Below are positions 37,184 to 47,219 of a DNA stretch of 64,000 nt, one piece after another. Every line of letters starts with the position of its first letter. Within the stretch, counting starts at the first letter, position 1. This DNA is from Myxococcales bacterium (lineage in GTDB: Bacteria; Myxococcota_A; UBA9042; JABWCM01; BTVJ01). Position numbers and translations under genes: made by a program. Location: positions 110,274-174,273 of the forward strand of contig BTVJ01000008.1 of NCBI GenBank assembly GCA_045863395.1, read 5' to 3'. The notes beneath the pieces were generated by a model, which worked only from the letters and a program-made list of their open reading frames with translations, made no database searches and was not told the origin of the DNA.

Positions 37184-39320
37184 TTGCCCGCTGGGCCGAC
37201 GCGCCCACCTTCCGCCGCGCGGCGACGAAGAGCGACTGGGTGACGAGGCTGCGACGGCCGGTGTCCCACCCCAGGTCACCGCGGTCCAGCACGGCGAGGA
37301 AGGCGTCGACCACCTCGCGATCCACACGGGATGCCTCCGCCGCCGCGCGCGCCTGCTCCAGCCACGAGCGCGCTCCGCCCAGGTCGCCGCGGCCCAGGCG
37401 CAGCGACGCGTGCTCCAGGGCCTCCCCCACCTGGAAGCCGCGGGCGTTCTTGCGCACGGCGAGCTGCTCCCGTGTCTCCTCCCTGGGCAGATTGCGCACG
37501 GCGGCGCTCGCCCTCGCCGTGGCGTTGCCCAGGTTGACCATGTCCTTGTAGCGCAGGGTCACGTCGGCGATCGGCCCTGGCTTGTCCACCCACAGCTCCA
37601 GCAGGATGACGTGGCTGTCGCCGCCGTAGAAGTAGGGGATGACCGTCTGGAGGCCGTCGTCGTCGTCCCCGCGATCTGCGACTACCCCCAGCGTGCGGCT
37701 GATGTGTTGGTCGGCGGCCACCTCGCGGGCCTTGACCTGCGCCACCTCCTGCTGGTCGAGCACGCGGCTGCCCAGGATGCGGATGGCCTCGACCCCCGGC
37801 GCCAGGCGGACGTTGACCCGCACGAGGCGGGCGACCACGCGGGACAGGGCCTCCAGCTCCGTACGCACCGCCTCCCGCGGGTCGCGCCCCTCCAGGCGGT
37901 GGTAGTTGCCGTAGCCTGCGTCGTTGACCTCCCACCAGAGGCCCGCGCCAGCGCCGGTCTCGATGACGGAGGTGACCATTCCCCGCAACGTCAGCGCGTG
38001 CGCGACCTGGCGCGCCGGCCCGACCCGCCCGCCGTCGAGGCCCCGAGCGACCACCAGCACCGTCTGGGTGCCCGGCAGCGTGGTGCGGTCCTCGGCCGCG
38101 CGCCCGAGCAGGTCGCCGGCCATCTCCATGGCCCCTGCGAGGGCGCCGTCCGGGGAGCCCGCGACCGTGCCCAGCGCGTCGAAGGCCTGGGCGAGGGGGC
38201 CCCGCAGCGTCCTGATGCGGCCGAGGGGGGCGAGCACCTGCGGCCGCTGCCCTGAGACGATCACTCCCAGGTGGTCTTGAGGGCCGAGCTGGGTCAGGAG
38301 CTCGCTGGCCACCGCGAAGGCCATCTCCGGGTCCTCGTTGTGGGCCGGGCCGTCGATGACCAGCACCACGTCGAGGGGCGGACGCCGCCAGCCGTACCGC
38401 TGGCTCCCCTGGAGACCCACCTGCAGAAGGACGCGCCCGGGCCGCTCCAGGAACCGCTTGTCCACGTCCACGGTCACGCCGATGCCCGCGTCCTCGGGAG
38501 GGTCGAAGGGCTGCACGTAGCCCAGGGCGCGGGAGTGGGGGAGAGGCTCGGCCAGCGCCTCGTCCAGGCGCCGGGCCCGCTCCTGGAAGGCCGCGTCACC
38601 GCCCAGGTAGGTGTTCTCGAAGTAGAGCTTGCGGGGCAGGAACGAGGTGGGGCGGGTCTCCTCGCGCTCCGTCGCCGTGACCTCGGCCTGGTCCAGATCC
38701 TCGAGGCCCGTGTCCTTGCCGCGCATGGTCGCGTTCCGGCGTGGGCCCGCCGCGACGCCCTTGTCCACGGTGCGGTAGCGGCCGTCCTCGACCTGGTTCT
38801 GGGCGCGCTCACCTCGGGGCCCCCGGTCCTTGTCGTCGTCCCACTCGTCTCGCTTGCCAAAGGCGCCGGACTCGTCCTCCTCGTTGACCGGGGCCTTCTC
38901 GATGATCGAGGCCTTCTCCGCCTCCTGCTGGACCTTCTTCTCCGCCTCCCGCCGCACCTGGAGCACGACCTCGTGCTGCCCCGCGCCGATGGTCGCGGGC
39001 AGGTCCATGGGCTTCTGCTCCGTCAGGTAGCCGTCGGTCGTGACGACCACGGGCGGCGGAGCCGGGGCGGCGGGAGCCTCCTTGGCCTTGGACTTCCCGT
39101 CCACAGTGGCGACGTTGGTGGCGAAGGGCTCGGGCTCCTCGGGGGGGAGCTCCCAGTCCCCGGCGGACCCGCCCTGGGGCTTGGGGGCCTCCTCAGCGGC
39201 CTTCTCGCCGCTCGCCGCCCGTGGCTCGGAGGCGCTGGGTGACGAGGCGGGCGGGCTCGAGTCGCTGGACGAGAGGCACCCGGCGAGCACGAGAGAGAAG
39301 GCGAGCGCGAGGCGGTTCAT
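37173..39320 (-). CDS. VWA-like lipoprotein, paralog B
   Basis: Lipobox LAGC; low-complexity N-third; 'RRPPLDVVLVIDG' VWA-like strand; closely similar to the adjacent paralog. Confidence 0.8.
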   Translation of the reverse strand: MNRLALAFSLVLAGCLSSSDSSPPASSPSASEPRAASGEKAAEEAPKPQGGSAGDWELPPEEPEPFATNVATVDGKSKAKEAPAAPAPPPVVVTTDGYLTEQKPMDLPATIGAGQHEVVLQVRREAEKKVQQEAEKASIIEKAPVNEEDESGAFGKRDEWDDDKDRGPRGERAQNQVEDGRYRTVDKGVAAGPRRNATMRGKDTGLEDLDQAEVTATEREETRPTSFLPRKLYFENTYLGGDAAFQERARRLDEALAEPLPHSRALGYVQPFDPPEDAGIGVTVDVDKRFLERPGRVLLQVGLQGSQRYGWRRPPLDVVLVIDGPAHNEDPEMAFAVASELLTQLGPQDHLGVIVSGQRPQVLAPLGRIRTLRGPLAQAFDALGTVAGSPDGALAGAMEMAGDLLGRAAEDRTTLPGTQTVLVVARGLDGGRVGPARQVAHALTLRGMVTSVIETGAGAGLWWEVNDAGYGNYHRLEGRDPREAVRTELEALSRVVARLVRVNVRLAPGVEAIRILGSRVLDQQEVAQVKAREVAADQHISRTLGVVADRGDDDDGLQTVIPYFYGGDSHVILLELWVDKPGPIADVTLRYKDMVNLGNATARASAAVRNLPREETREQLAVRKNARGFQVGEALEHASLRLGRGDLGGARSWLEQARAAAEASRVDREVVDAFLAVLDRGDLGWDTGRRSLVTQSLFVAARRKVGASAQRAINE

Positions 39321-41468
39321 CTACCTCTCCATGGCCTTGTTGTCGCCGACCTTGCGCCGCCCCGCCACGAACAGGGATTCGCTGACGGCGTCGCGGCGGG
39401 TCTGATCCGCCGTCAGGTCCCCCGCGTCGAGCGCCTGGGCGAAGGCGTCGATGACCTCCCGGTCCGACGCCGGGGCGTGGGCGGCCGTCTCGCGGGCGCG
39501 GCCGAGCCAGGTGCGCGCCCCCTGGAGGTCGCCCCGCTTCAGGCGCAGCGACGCGTGCTCCAGCTCCTCGCCGATGCGGAAGCCCCGCACGTTGCGCCGC
39601 ACGGCGAGCTGCTCCGCCGTGTCCTCCCGCGGCAGGTTCCGCGCCGCCACGCTCGCCCGCGCCGTCGCGTTGCCCAGGTTGACCATGTCCTTGTACCGCA
39701 GGGTCACGTCGGCGATGGCCCCGGGCTTGTCCACCCACAGCTCGATGAGGACCACGTGGCTGTCGCCCCCGTAGAAGTACGGGATCACCGTCTGGAGGCC
39801 GTCGTCGTCGTCCCCCCGGTCGGCGACCACCCCGAGCGTCCGGCTGATGTGCTGGTCGGCGGCCACCTCGCGCGCCTTGACCCGCGCCACCTCCTGCTCG
39901 TCGAGCACCCGGCTGCCCAGGATGCGGACCGCCTCGACGCCGGGCGCCAACCGCACGTTGATGCGCACCAGCCGCGCGACAACCCGCGACAGGGACTCCA
40001 GCTCGGCGCGCACGGCCTCCCGCGGGTCCCGCCCGGCGACCTGGTGGTAGTTGCCGTAGCCGGCGTCGTTGACCGCCCACCACAGCCCGTCCCCGGGGCC
40101 CGTCTCGATGACGGACGTCACCATGCCCTTCAGCGTCAGCTCGTGGGCGACGGAGCGGGCAGGCTGCACGCGCGCACCATCCAGCCCCCGCGCGACGACC
40201 AGCACCGTCTGGGTGCCGGGCAGCGTGGCGCGGTCCTCGGTGGCCTTCTCCAGCAGCGCGCCCGCGTGCGTCATGGCCGCGGCCAGGGCCTCGTCGCTGG
40301 ACGCCGGGATGGCACCGAGGGCATCGAAGGCCAGCGCCAGCTCGCCCCGGAGGGACCGGATGCGCCCCAGCGGCGCCAGCACGCGGGGCCGCGGACCGGC
40401 GACGATGACCGCCAGGTGATCCTGAGGGCCAAGCTGGGCGAGCAGCTCGCCCGCCACCTGGATCCCCACCTCCGGGTCCTCGGCCAGCGCGGGCCCGTCG
40501 AGCACCAGCACCACGTCCAGCGGCGGGCGGCGCCACCCGTAGCGCAGGCTCCCCTGGAGGCCCACCTGGAGGATGACGCGCCCGCTCCGCTCCAGGAAGC
40601 GCCGATCCAGCTCCGCGGTCAGCGACAGGCCGGCGTCCTCCGGCGGGTCGAAGGGCTGCGCGTAGCCGAGGCTGAGGGTGTGGGGCAGCGGCGCTCCGCC
40701 CAGCGACTCGTCCAGGCGCCGCATCTGCTCGCGGAAGGCCGCGTCCCCGCCCAGGTACGTGTTCTCGAAGTAGAGCTTGCGCGGCAGGAAGGACGCGGGG
40801 CGCTCGTCCTTGCCGTCACCGTCATCTTCCTTCAGCCCCTTCTTGCCGGTCTCGGACCGCTTGTCGGCGTCCGGGACGTGGACGGTGAAGCGCGCCTTCT
40901 CTGGCGGCGTGGGGGCGCTCCGCTCCGTGTCCTCGCTCTCCGCTTCGGGCGCCTCCTCCAGGGGCTCGTCGTCGGCGATCATGTCACCGTCGACGATCCT
41001 CGCCTCGTCGATCTGCACGATGCGCCTCGCCTCCAGGCTCGCCGTGGAGCCGGCGCCATCGCCTCCGAGAGCGAGGGTCCCGTCTATCTCCCCCTGCGCA
41101 AAGTCGAGCTCCCCCTTGTGGAAGGCAGGGGCCTGCGCCTGCTGCCCCTCGAGGGCGCTCAGGCGCGCGTTCACGGCCTCCTGGGCCACCTTCGCCGCGT
41201 CCTCCTTGCCTCCGAAGTCGTCTGCCCCCGGCCTGGCCTCCCCCCCGGCCTCCTTCTTGGACTCCTCCTTGGACTCCGCCCAGCCCATGGGGTCGGCGGC
41301 GGGCATGGGCTGGGGGGCGGTGACGGTCGTGGTCGGCGTCGCCCCCGACGTCGGGGGCTCGTCGGCCAGTGCCCGTGAGGCCTCGGTGGGCCCTCCCTCC
41401 TCCACGGACTGCCCCTTGGAGCAGCCCGCCAGGGCCACGGCGAGAGATACAGCGAGGAAGAGCCTCAT
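39321..41468 (-). CDS. VWA-like lipoprotein, paralog A
   Basis: MRLFLAVSLAVALAGC lipobox; 'RRPPLDVVLVLDG'; ATGA overlap with the upstream gene. Confidence 0.8.
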   Translation of the reverse strand: MRLFLAVSLAVALAGCSKGQSVEEGGPTEASRALADEPPTSGATPTTTVTAPQPMPAADPMGWAESKEESKKEAGGEARPGADDFGGKEDAAKVAQEAVNARLSALEGQQAQAPAFHKGELDFAQGEIDGTLALGGDGAGSTASLEARRIVQIDEARIVDGDMIADDEPLEEAPEAESEDTERSAPTPPEKARFTVHVPDADKRSETGKKGLKEDDGDGKDERPASFLPRKLYFENTYLGGDAAFREQMRRLDESLGGAPLPHTLSLGYAQPFDPPEDAGLSLTAELDRRFLERSGRVILQVGLQGSLRYGWRRPPLDVVLVLDGPALAEDPEVGIQVAGELLAQLGPQDHLAVIVAGPRPRVLAPLGRIRSLRGELALAFDALGAIPASSDEALAAAMTHAGALLEKATEDRATLPGTQTVLVVARGLDGARVQPARSVAHELTLKGMVTSVIETGPGDGLWWAVNDAGYGNYHQVAGRDPREAVRAELESLSRVVARLVRINVRLAPGVEAVRILGSRVLDEQEVARVKAREVAADQHISRTLGVVADRGDDDDGLQTVIPYFYGGDSHVVLIELWVDKPGAIADVTLRYKDMVNLGNATARASVAARNLPREDTAEQLAVRRNVRGFRIGEELEHASLRLKRGDLQGARTWLGRARETAAHAPASDREVIDAFAQALDAGDLTADQTRRDAVSESLFVAGRRKVGDNKAMER

Positions 41469-44428
41469 GACCGGCCCTCGCGGCCCCGGCGGGTCCACCC
41501 GACCACCCCGAGAAGGAGGAGCGCCACGAACAGGATGGCCAGCTCCTCGGGCACGACGTCGAACAGCGCGAGCTTGAGGAGCGCCAGGAGCACACCGACG
41601 CCACCAGCGATCCAGCCGAGCTTCCCAGGGCACCCCGTCGCGCGGCGCCACACGGCGAAGCCCAGCAGCCCCAGAGCGAGCAAGCCCAGCACGGCGTTCA
41701 CGGCCCGCCCGGGCGTCACGGCGAAGGTCATGGTGATCGCCGGCGCGGCCTCGCTGGGGTCGAGCACCGGCAGGACGAACAGACGCTCCACCGTGTCCTC
41801 CACCGACGGCAGCGCGATGGGCACCACCTGGCCCCCGCCGTAGGAGCCAGGCCGCACGGCGCTCTCGATGGCGCCCTCGTCGAGCTTCGTGTCCACCCGC
41901 AGCAGCGCCAGGTGGGCGGGCCAGCGCACCAGCCACTGGAGGTTGGTGATCAGCATGTCGGCCTTCGGCGCCATCAGGTCGGCGGACGAGAGCAGGCCGA
42001 GCGGGTCTCGCCGCATCTCGTAGGTGACCTCGACAGGGACCGTCCGCCCTTTCGGGAGCGGCACCGCGAGGGCGCCCTTCTCGTCGCTCACGGCCTTGAC
42101 GGGGCTGCCGTCCGCGGTGACCGTCCACACCTTGGCGCCCTCGGGGAGCTCCAGGCGCAGGAACTGGCGGTCGTCGTTCACGACCACGTAGACGAGCCGC
42201 GTGACGATGTGCCCGTCCTGCAGCACCGTGGTCTCGAGCCACCCCTGGTTCACCGCCGCCTTGAGGGTCTCGACGGTCTCGTGGCGCTTGATCTCCAGCT
42301 CCAGGTTCCAGGGGGTGTGGGCGTACTGCCAGCCCATGAGCAGCTCCTGCACGGCGCGCAGGCGGACGGCCTTCGGCAGATCGGTCACGTCCACGCGGCG
42401 CAGGTCCCCGGCAGAGACGGGCTGGACCTCGATGCCCGTCTCGGCGCTGACGCCGAAGCTGCCCTGCTCGATCTCGGCGTTGAGGACGCGCACGTCCGGC
42501 AGCGCAACCTTGCCGAGCTGCTTCGGCAGCAGCACCTCGAACTCCACGTCGAGCTGGATGGCGCCCTCCAGCGCCTGGGTGAAGCGCACCTCGTGGGCCT
42601 TGCGCCCCGGGCCCGCGTCCACGTCCTTGGCGGCCTCGGCCTTGTTGAGGCTCGGGGCGGTCACGCCGAGCACGGTCACCGCCTCGGGGAACGACAGCAT
42701 CACCACGTCCTGCCGCCCGCTCTTGACCTCGACCTGGACTTGCGCGTTGGCGACGATGGACCCGTCCTTGACGGCGTACAGCGTGAGCACGCGCGCGTCG
42801 AAGCGCACGTCGCGGGCCTTGGCGGTGGCGACGGTGGAGCCGATGGGCCCGGGCGGCCCGATGTGCTTGAAGGCCTGGCTCACCTTGCTTGTTAGGCCCT
42901 GGCGGATGTCCGCCGGCAGCGCGTCCTCGCCCACCTTCGTGTACTGGGTCTGCTCGCCGGGACCGAAGCCCACCTTGTCGCTCTCGAGGAGCGCGACCAC
43001 GCCCACCTCGCGGAACACGCCGAGGGGCCGCACGACGGGCACGTCGACGGCAGAGCCCTCGCCCTTGGCGATGACCGCCTCCAGCTCCAGCTCCAGGGCG
43101 TAGGCGCCTTCCTGCTCGCGGCCCAGCATGATGCGCACCTGGCGCGGCGCGTCGTCGGTCTTGGCGAAGGTGCGCCAGTCCTCGATGGAGTCGCCGGTCA
43201 CCTTGTAGAGCACGGCGTCCTCGGGGATCTGGACGGGCAGCTCCTTCACCTTGCCGCGCAGCACCTCGTAGCGGATGTGCACCTTGGAGCGGACGACGCC
43301 CTCCTGGATGGTCACGAGCTGGATCGTCTCCGCGTTGATGCGCTCGAGCTGCTCGGGGGCCGGGCGCGCCTCCGTCCAGCGCACCGTGATGGACGTCGTC
43401 GGCGGCAGGTGGGCGCGGGCCGTCGTGACCGCCTCGTCGCCCTCGCCGCGGACGTCGGTGCTCACGGGCACCTCGGGGAGCAGCGTGACCTCGCGCTTGC
43501 CGCGCACCGTGGTCGTCACCTGCGTGATGGGGACCTCGTCCAGGGTCAGATGCACCGCCGGCTGCCCTTGGGTGCGGTCGACGCCCATGCGCCAGGTGGC
43601 CGCGAGGGTGTGGCGCCCCTTCCCCTGCAGGATGGCCACGTGCCAGCCGTCACGGACGCGGGTCGGGACCGTCGCCGTGCCCTCCTTGACGGACACCAGC
43701 GCCATGGTCGCCGGGGCGAGCCGCACCTCGCCCGCCGCGCCTGCGAGCCAGGCGTCCACCTCGGCGGAGAGATCGACGGCGTCGCCGTTCTCGGCCACGA
43801 GCAGGCTGTACGCGATGCGCTGCACGCCGTCCCCACCGCCTGCGCCGGGCCATCGCACGGCCGCCGCGACGGTGGCGGGGAGGCTCACCTGGACGCCGTC
43901 GCCGCTCGGGGTGGTGGCGCCGCCCGGCCAGACCTCCGGGACGCCCCCTGCGCCCGCGATGGTCAGCGTCATGCCCGGGGCCGGGGGAAGGGGAATGAGC
44001 GCGATGAGGCCCCCGCTGGCGCTCGCTCGGACGGGCACCAGGTAGGTCAACGAGATGCTGGCGCTGTCCGTGCCGTCGGGGAGCAGCGCCACGTGGGCGG
44101 CGCCCCGGCGGAGCAGCGCGGCGTCGCTCCCGGCGACGGACGCATACTCCAGCACCACGTCCGCGGGCAGGAGCGGCACCTCCGCGGCCCCGCGCCCGCC
44201 CTTCTGCACGCGAGCGTCGATGCTCACGCGCACGAAGGGGTCCCCCTCGGTGGGTGCAGCGACGGAGCCGCTGCCACGGCTCCAGGTGACCGCCGGGCCG
44301 TCGCCCGAGGCGAGCTGCTTCATGAGCCGGTCGTAGCGCTCGAGCGGCAGGCGGACTTCGCCCGGGGGCTCCTGGGCGAGGGCGCCCGACGCGAGGACGA
44401 GGGACAGGGCAACGAGCAGGCTGCGCAC
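41465..44428 (-). CDS. Large exported protein with internal beta-rich repeats and three C-terminal TM helices
   Basis: GTG start after GGAGG; signal peptide 'RSLLVALSLVLASGALA|QE'; recurring modules of about 170-180 aa; hydrophobic C-terminus. Confidence 0.8.
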   Translation of the reverse strand: MRSLLVALSLVLASGALAQEPPGEVRLPLERYDRLMKQLASGDGPAVTWSRGSGSVAAPTEGDPFVRVSIDARVQKGGRGAAEVPLLPADVVLEYASVAGSDAALLRRGAAHVALLPDGTDSASISLTYLVPVRASASGGLIALIPLPPAPGMTLTIAGAGGVPEVWPGGATTPSGDGVQVSLPATVAAAVRWPGAGGGDGVQRIAYSLLVAENGDAVDLSAEVDAWLAGAAGEVRLAPATMALVSVKEGTATVPTRVRDGWHVAILQGKGRHTLAATWRMGVDRTQGQPAVHLTLDEVPITQVTTTVRGKREVTLLPEVPVSTDVRGEGDEAVTTARAHLPPTTSITVRWTEARPAPEQLERINAETIQLVTIQEGVVRSKVHIRYEVLRGKVKELPVQIPEDAVLYKVTGDSIEDWRTFAKTDDAPRQVRIMLGREQEGAYALELELEAVIAKGEGSAVDVPVVRPLGVFREVGVVALLESDKVGFGPGEQTQYTKVGEDALPADIRQGLTSKVSQAFKHIGPPGPIGSTVATAKARDVRFDARVLTLYAVKDGSIVANAQVQVEVKSGRQDVVMLSFPEAVTVLGVTAPSLNKAEAAKDVDAGPGRKAHEVRFTQALEGAIQLDVEFEVLLPKQLGKVALPDVRVLNAEIEQGSFGVSAETGIEVQPVSAGDLRRVDVTDLPKAVRLRAVQELLMGWQYAHTPWNLELEIKRHETVETLKAAVNQGWLETTVLQDGHIVTRLVYVVVNDDRQFLRLELPEGAKVWTVTADGSPVKAVSDEKGALAVPLPKGRTVPVEVTYEMRRDPLGLLSSADLMAPKADMLITNLQWLVRWPAHLALLRVDTKLDEGAIESAVRPGSYGGGQVVPIALPSVEDTVERLFVLPVLDPSEAAPAITMTFAVTPGRAVNAVLGLLALGLLGFAVWRRATGCPGKLGWIAGGVGVLLALLKLALFDVVPEELAILFVALLLLGVVGWTRRGREGRS

Positions 44429-44517
44429 GGTGGACCTCCAGAGCGGGGTAGGGGGCAAGACGCCCCGAGAATACCGCTGGTCCACGCGCAATGGGGGGAA
44501 AAGTTCTCTGAGCGGGG

Positions 44518-45342
44518 TCAGTCCTCGTCGGACTCGGCGTCGACGTCGCGCTCTGCACCAGGGACTGGCGGGGCCTCGGCGTAGTGTGCGGCACCGAAGC
44601 TGAACATGCCCTGCTTCCACGGGCCGCCCACGGAGACCGCGCTGACCTGGATGCCGCCTTCGCGGAGCTCCTCCATGGCCTTCCACATGACGTGGGCGTT
44701 GGTCCAGCCGCTGCGCCGCTCCGGATCGTGCCCGGCGAAGGCCCCCCACCAGGACGGCGGGCCGAGCAGCACCACCTGATCGACGGCCGCGAGGGGTGTC
44801 ACCGTGGGCACCTTGCGCTGGATCTCCGCCAGGATGCGCTCGCGCACCCGCGGCTTGTTGAGGTGGGCGACGCAGTCGAGGCCCTCGACCAGCGCGAGCA
44901 GCGGGTGGGTGTCCTGCACCCGCACCGCCGCCACGCCCAGGCTCCCGTCCCCAGCCAGCAGCATGTCGGCGCGTGGCGTCACGCGGACGGAGCCCGTCGC
45001 GCTCGGGAGGCCCCGGAGCGGGACAGCGGACGCCAGGACCTTGAACGCCCGCTCCTGCGTGGTCACGTCTCCTCTGGCGGCAAGGACGTGGACCATCTCC
45101 CAGCGCGGCAGGTCGTCGGGGCTCTTCCAGTCGTCGTCGTCCTTGCCGCTCTCCGTCAGGAACGGCAGGTCCAGGTGGTGCTCCGGGCGGATGACGTCCG
45201 CCTCGACGGTGGCGACGTAGAGGTCGAAGAGGTTGTTGGTCTCCAAGAAGGCGCCGACGATCTCGACCTTGTCGTCGCCGCCGCGGCCGAAGCGAACCGT
45301 GCTGCTGTACGCCAACATCTGGGGCAGCGTGGTGAAGCGCAT
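44518..45342 (-). CDS. Hypothetical protein
   Basis: RBS GGAGG, strong GC3 bias, globular composition; no family recognised. Confidence 0.72.
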   Translation of the reverse strand: MRFTTLPQMLAYSSTVRFGRGGDDKVEIVGAFLETNNLFDLYVATVEADVIRPEHHLDLPFLTESGKDDDDWKSPDDLPRWEMVHVLAARGDVTTQERAFKVLASAVPLRGLPSATGSVRVTPRADMLLAGDGSLGVAAVRVQDTHPLLALVEGLDCVAHLNKPRVRERILAEIQRKVPTVTPLAAVDQVVLLGPPSWWGAFAGHDPERRSGWTNAHVMWKAMEELREGGIQVSAVSVGGPWKQGMFSFGAAHYAEAPPVPGAERDVDAESDED

Positions 45343-45402
45343 GGGTGAGGTCCTCCGTGTGGTCGGCCCATCGTAGCGGGGCGCCACGCGCAGGTCCAGG
45401 GG

Positions 45403-47130
45403 TCAGGGCCAGGTGGCGGAGAGGGCGCCCAGCATAGCGCCACGGGCGCTGGCGGTCACCCGCGCGTCGTGGCTGAGGCCGACGGCGATGCGGGCATCGC
45501 CGCGGGTCTCCAGCACCACGACCGCCCCCTCCCGGGTCATGCCGAAGTCCGGGAACACGGGCGCCCGCTCGACGTGGACGGTCGCTCCCGCCGCCGTGAG
45601 CAGGAGGCGACCGCCGGCCCAGGTCAAACTCATGACGCCGTCGAGGGGCTCCACGGCCACGTCCGGGTGCAGGTGCAGGCGCGACCGGACGGGGAGGTCG
45701 CCCGCGTTGACGGAGTCCAGGATCAGGAGGTCCGCGCCGAGGAGCAGGCGCCGCCGATGGACCGGACGGCCCGGCAGCAGGGGCCAGGGGACCTCCGCCA
45801 CGGCCTCCGCTGCAAGCCCGCGCTCCCCGTGGCCGAGCAGCGCCGCTGCGGCGCGTCGCCCCACCCGGAACGCGGACCACAGCTCGATCTGGTCCCCATC
45901 GCCTATCTGGACCGTGCTGTGGGCGGCCGTGGAGCGCGACCAGGCGCGGGTCGGGTCGTCCGCGTAGCCCCGGATGCCCGCGTTGATCACCACGCGCTGG
46001 CGGCCCACGGACAGCTCGAAGCTCAGGGCGTCTGCGTGGGCGTGCCCTGGCTGGTGGTCGGGGCCGATGGGGCCGCAGTCCATGACCAGGTGGCGGTCAG
46101 GCGCGCGGAGCACGACGAGGCCCGTGGGCACGAGCGCGACGGCCCGGCCCTCGACGTCGCCTGTCAGGGCGCGGGCAAGGGCTGGGTCGAAGGGCTCCCG
46201 GCCGTTTGAGTCATTGAAGGCGGGGAGGCTGCCGTCCGGGTGGCGGATGGTCTCCTGGAAGCGGGCGGCCCGGGCCGCTGCGTCGGCGACGGGGCCAGCC
46301 AGGGGGTCACGGGCGGCGGCGAGGACGGCGCGGAGCTCGCACAGCCCGGCGGTGACCAGCGCGTGGTACATGGGCGAGCGCTCGTAGTGGCCGCCATCGG
46401 GGAGGATCTGGGCGTCCACCTCGCGGCGCAGGAGGGCCCGGATGGTGGGGCGGAGGCGCCGCAGGACGGGGTGGGACGGCAGCAGGGCCGCCGAGACGGC
46501 GAGGGCGTGCAGGTCGGCCAGCAGGTGGTTCGCCCCGAGGTGGACCTCCAGGTGGGCGGCGAGCCAGCAGGCGCCCCGCGCGATCTCGGCGCACAGGAGC
46601 CCGCGGGTGGCCGGCGTGGCGAACGCCAACGCCCGCGCCAGGTTCAGGGTCCGCAGCGCCGTGGGGTAGGGGTCCCAGGGGGGGCCGCTCAGCGTCGCGC
46701 AGCCGTCGCGCCACCCGCGCACGAGGCGCGCGAGCCCGTCCTCGTCGCCGAGCTGCGCCAGGATGGGGAGCTCATCCAGATAGTTCAGGTGGTAGCACCA
46801 CAGGAGGCCGTGCCCGCAGTAGCGCCAGTCCACGGGCCAGCCCAGGTCGGCCGTGCGGTGGAGGTGCTCGAAGCGGCCTGCGAGAGCGGCGCGCGCCGCC
46901 GCGGCCTGGGGCGTCGCGGGGAGCAAGGCAGCGGTGGTCTCTGCGAGCGCCGAGAGGACCGCGGGCGACGGGTCCCCGGCGGCGCGCCCCAAGGCGGAGA
47001 GCAGGAGCCCCGCGCCGGGCGGCGGCGGCAGCCGGCGGCGCACCTGGTGGAGCGCCCAGGCGGCGGCCTGCAGCGGCTCCAGGTGTCGCGCCGTGCGCAG
47101 GGTGAGGCCGAGCTGTTCGAGCGCGCGCAT
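45403..47130 (-). CDS. Heparinase II/III family protein
   Basis: 'LWCYHLNY', 'HLGANHL', 'QILPDGGHYERSPMYH', 'GHAHADALSFEL', 'RSTAAHST'. Confidence 0.9.
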   Translation of the reverse strand: MRALEQLGLTLRTARHLEPLQAAAWALHQVRRRLPPPPGAGLLLSALGRAAGDPSPAVLSALAETTAALLPATPQAAAARAALAGRFEHLHRTADLGWPVDWRYCGHGLLWCYHLNYLDELPILAQLGDEDGLARLVRGWRDGCATLSGPPWDPYPTALRTLNLARALAFATPATRGLLCAEIARGACWLAAHLEVHLGANHLLADLHALAVSAALLPSHPVLRRLRPTIRALLRREVDAQILPDGGHYERSPMYHALVTAGLCELRAVLAAARDPLAGPVADAAARAARFQETIRHPDGSLPAFNDSNGREPFDPALARALTGDVEGRAVALVPTGLVVLRAPDRHLVMDCGPIGPDHQPGHAHADALSFELSVGRQRVVINAGIRGYADDPTRAWSRSTAAHSTVQIGDGDQIELWSAFRVGRRAAAALLGHGERGLAAEAVAEVPWPLLPGRPVHRRRLLLGADLLILDSVNAGDLPVRSRLHLHPDVAVEPLDGVMSLTWAGGRLLLTAAGATVHVERAPVFPDFGMTREGAVVVLETRGDARIAVGLSHDARVTASARGAMLGALSATWP

Positions 47131-47219
47131 GGCCCGGAGCGTAGGCGGGAGGACCGGCCGGGGTCAACGCTTGCCGGCGCCGGCAGGGCTGCGGTAAGGT
47201 GCGCGCGGAGGGAGCTGCA

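Noticed and set aside
44429..45880. N-terminal extension of the 1471-aa ORF (and similar long extensions on many track ORFs)
   Set aside because: Arg/Pro-rich off-frame translation overlapping real genes; the RBS and signal peptide place the start at 44428.
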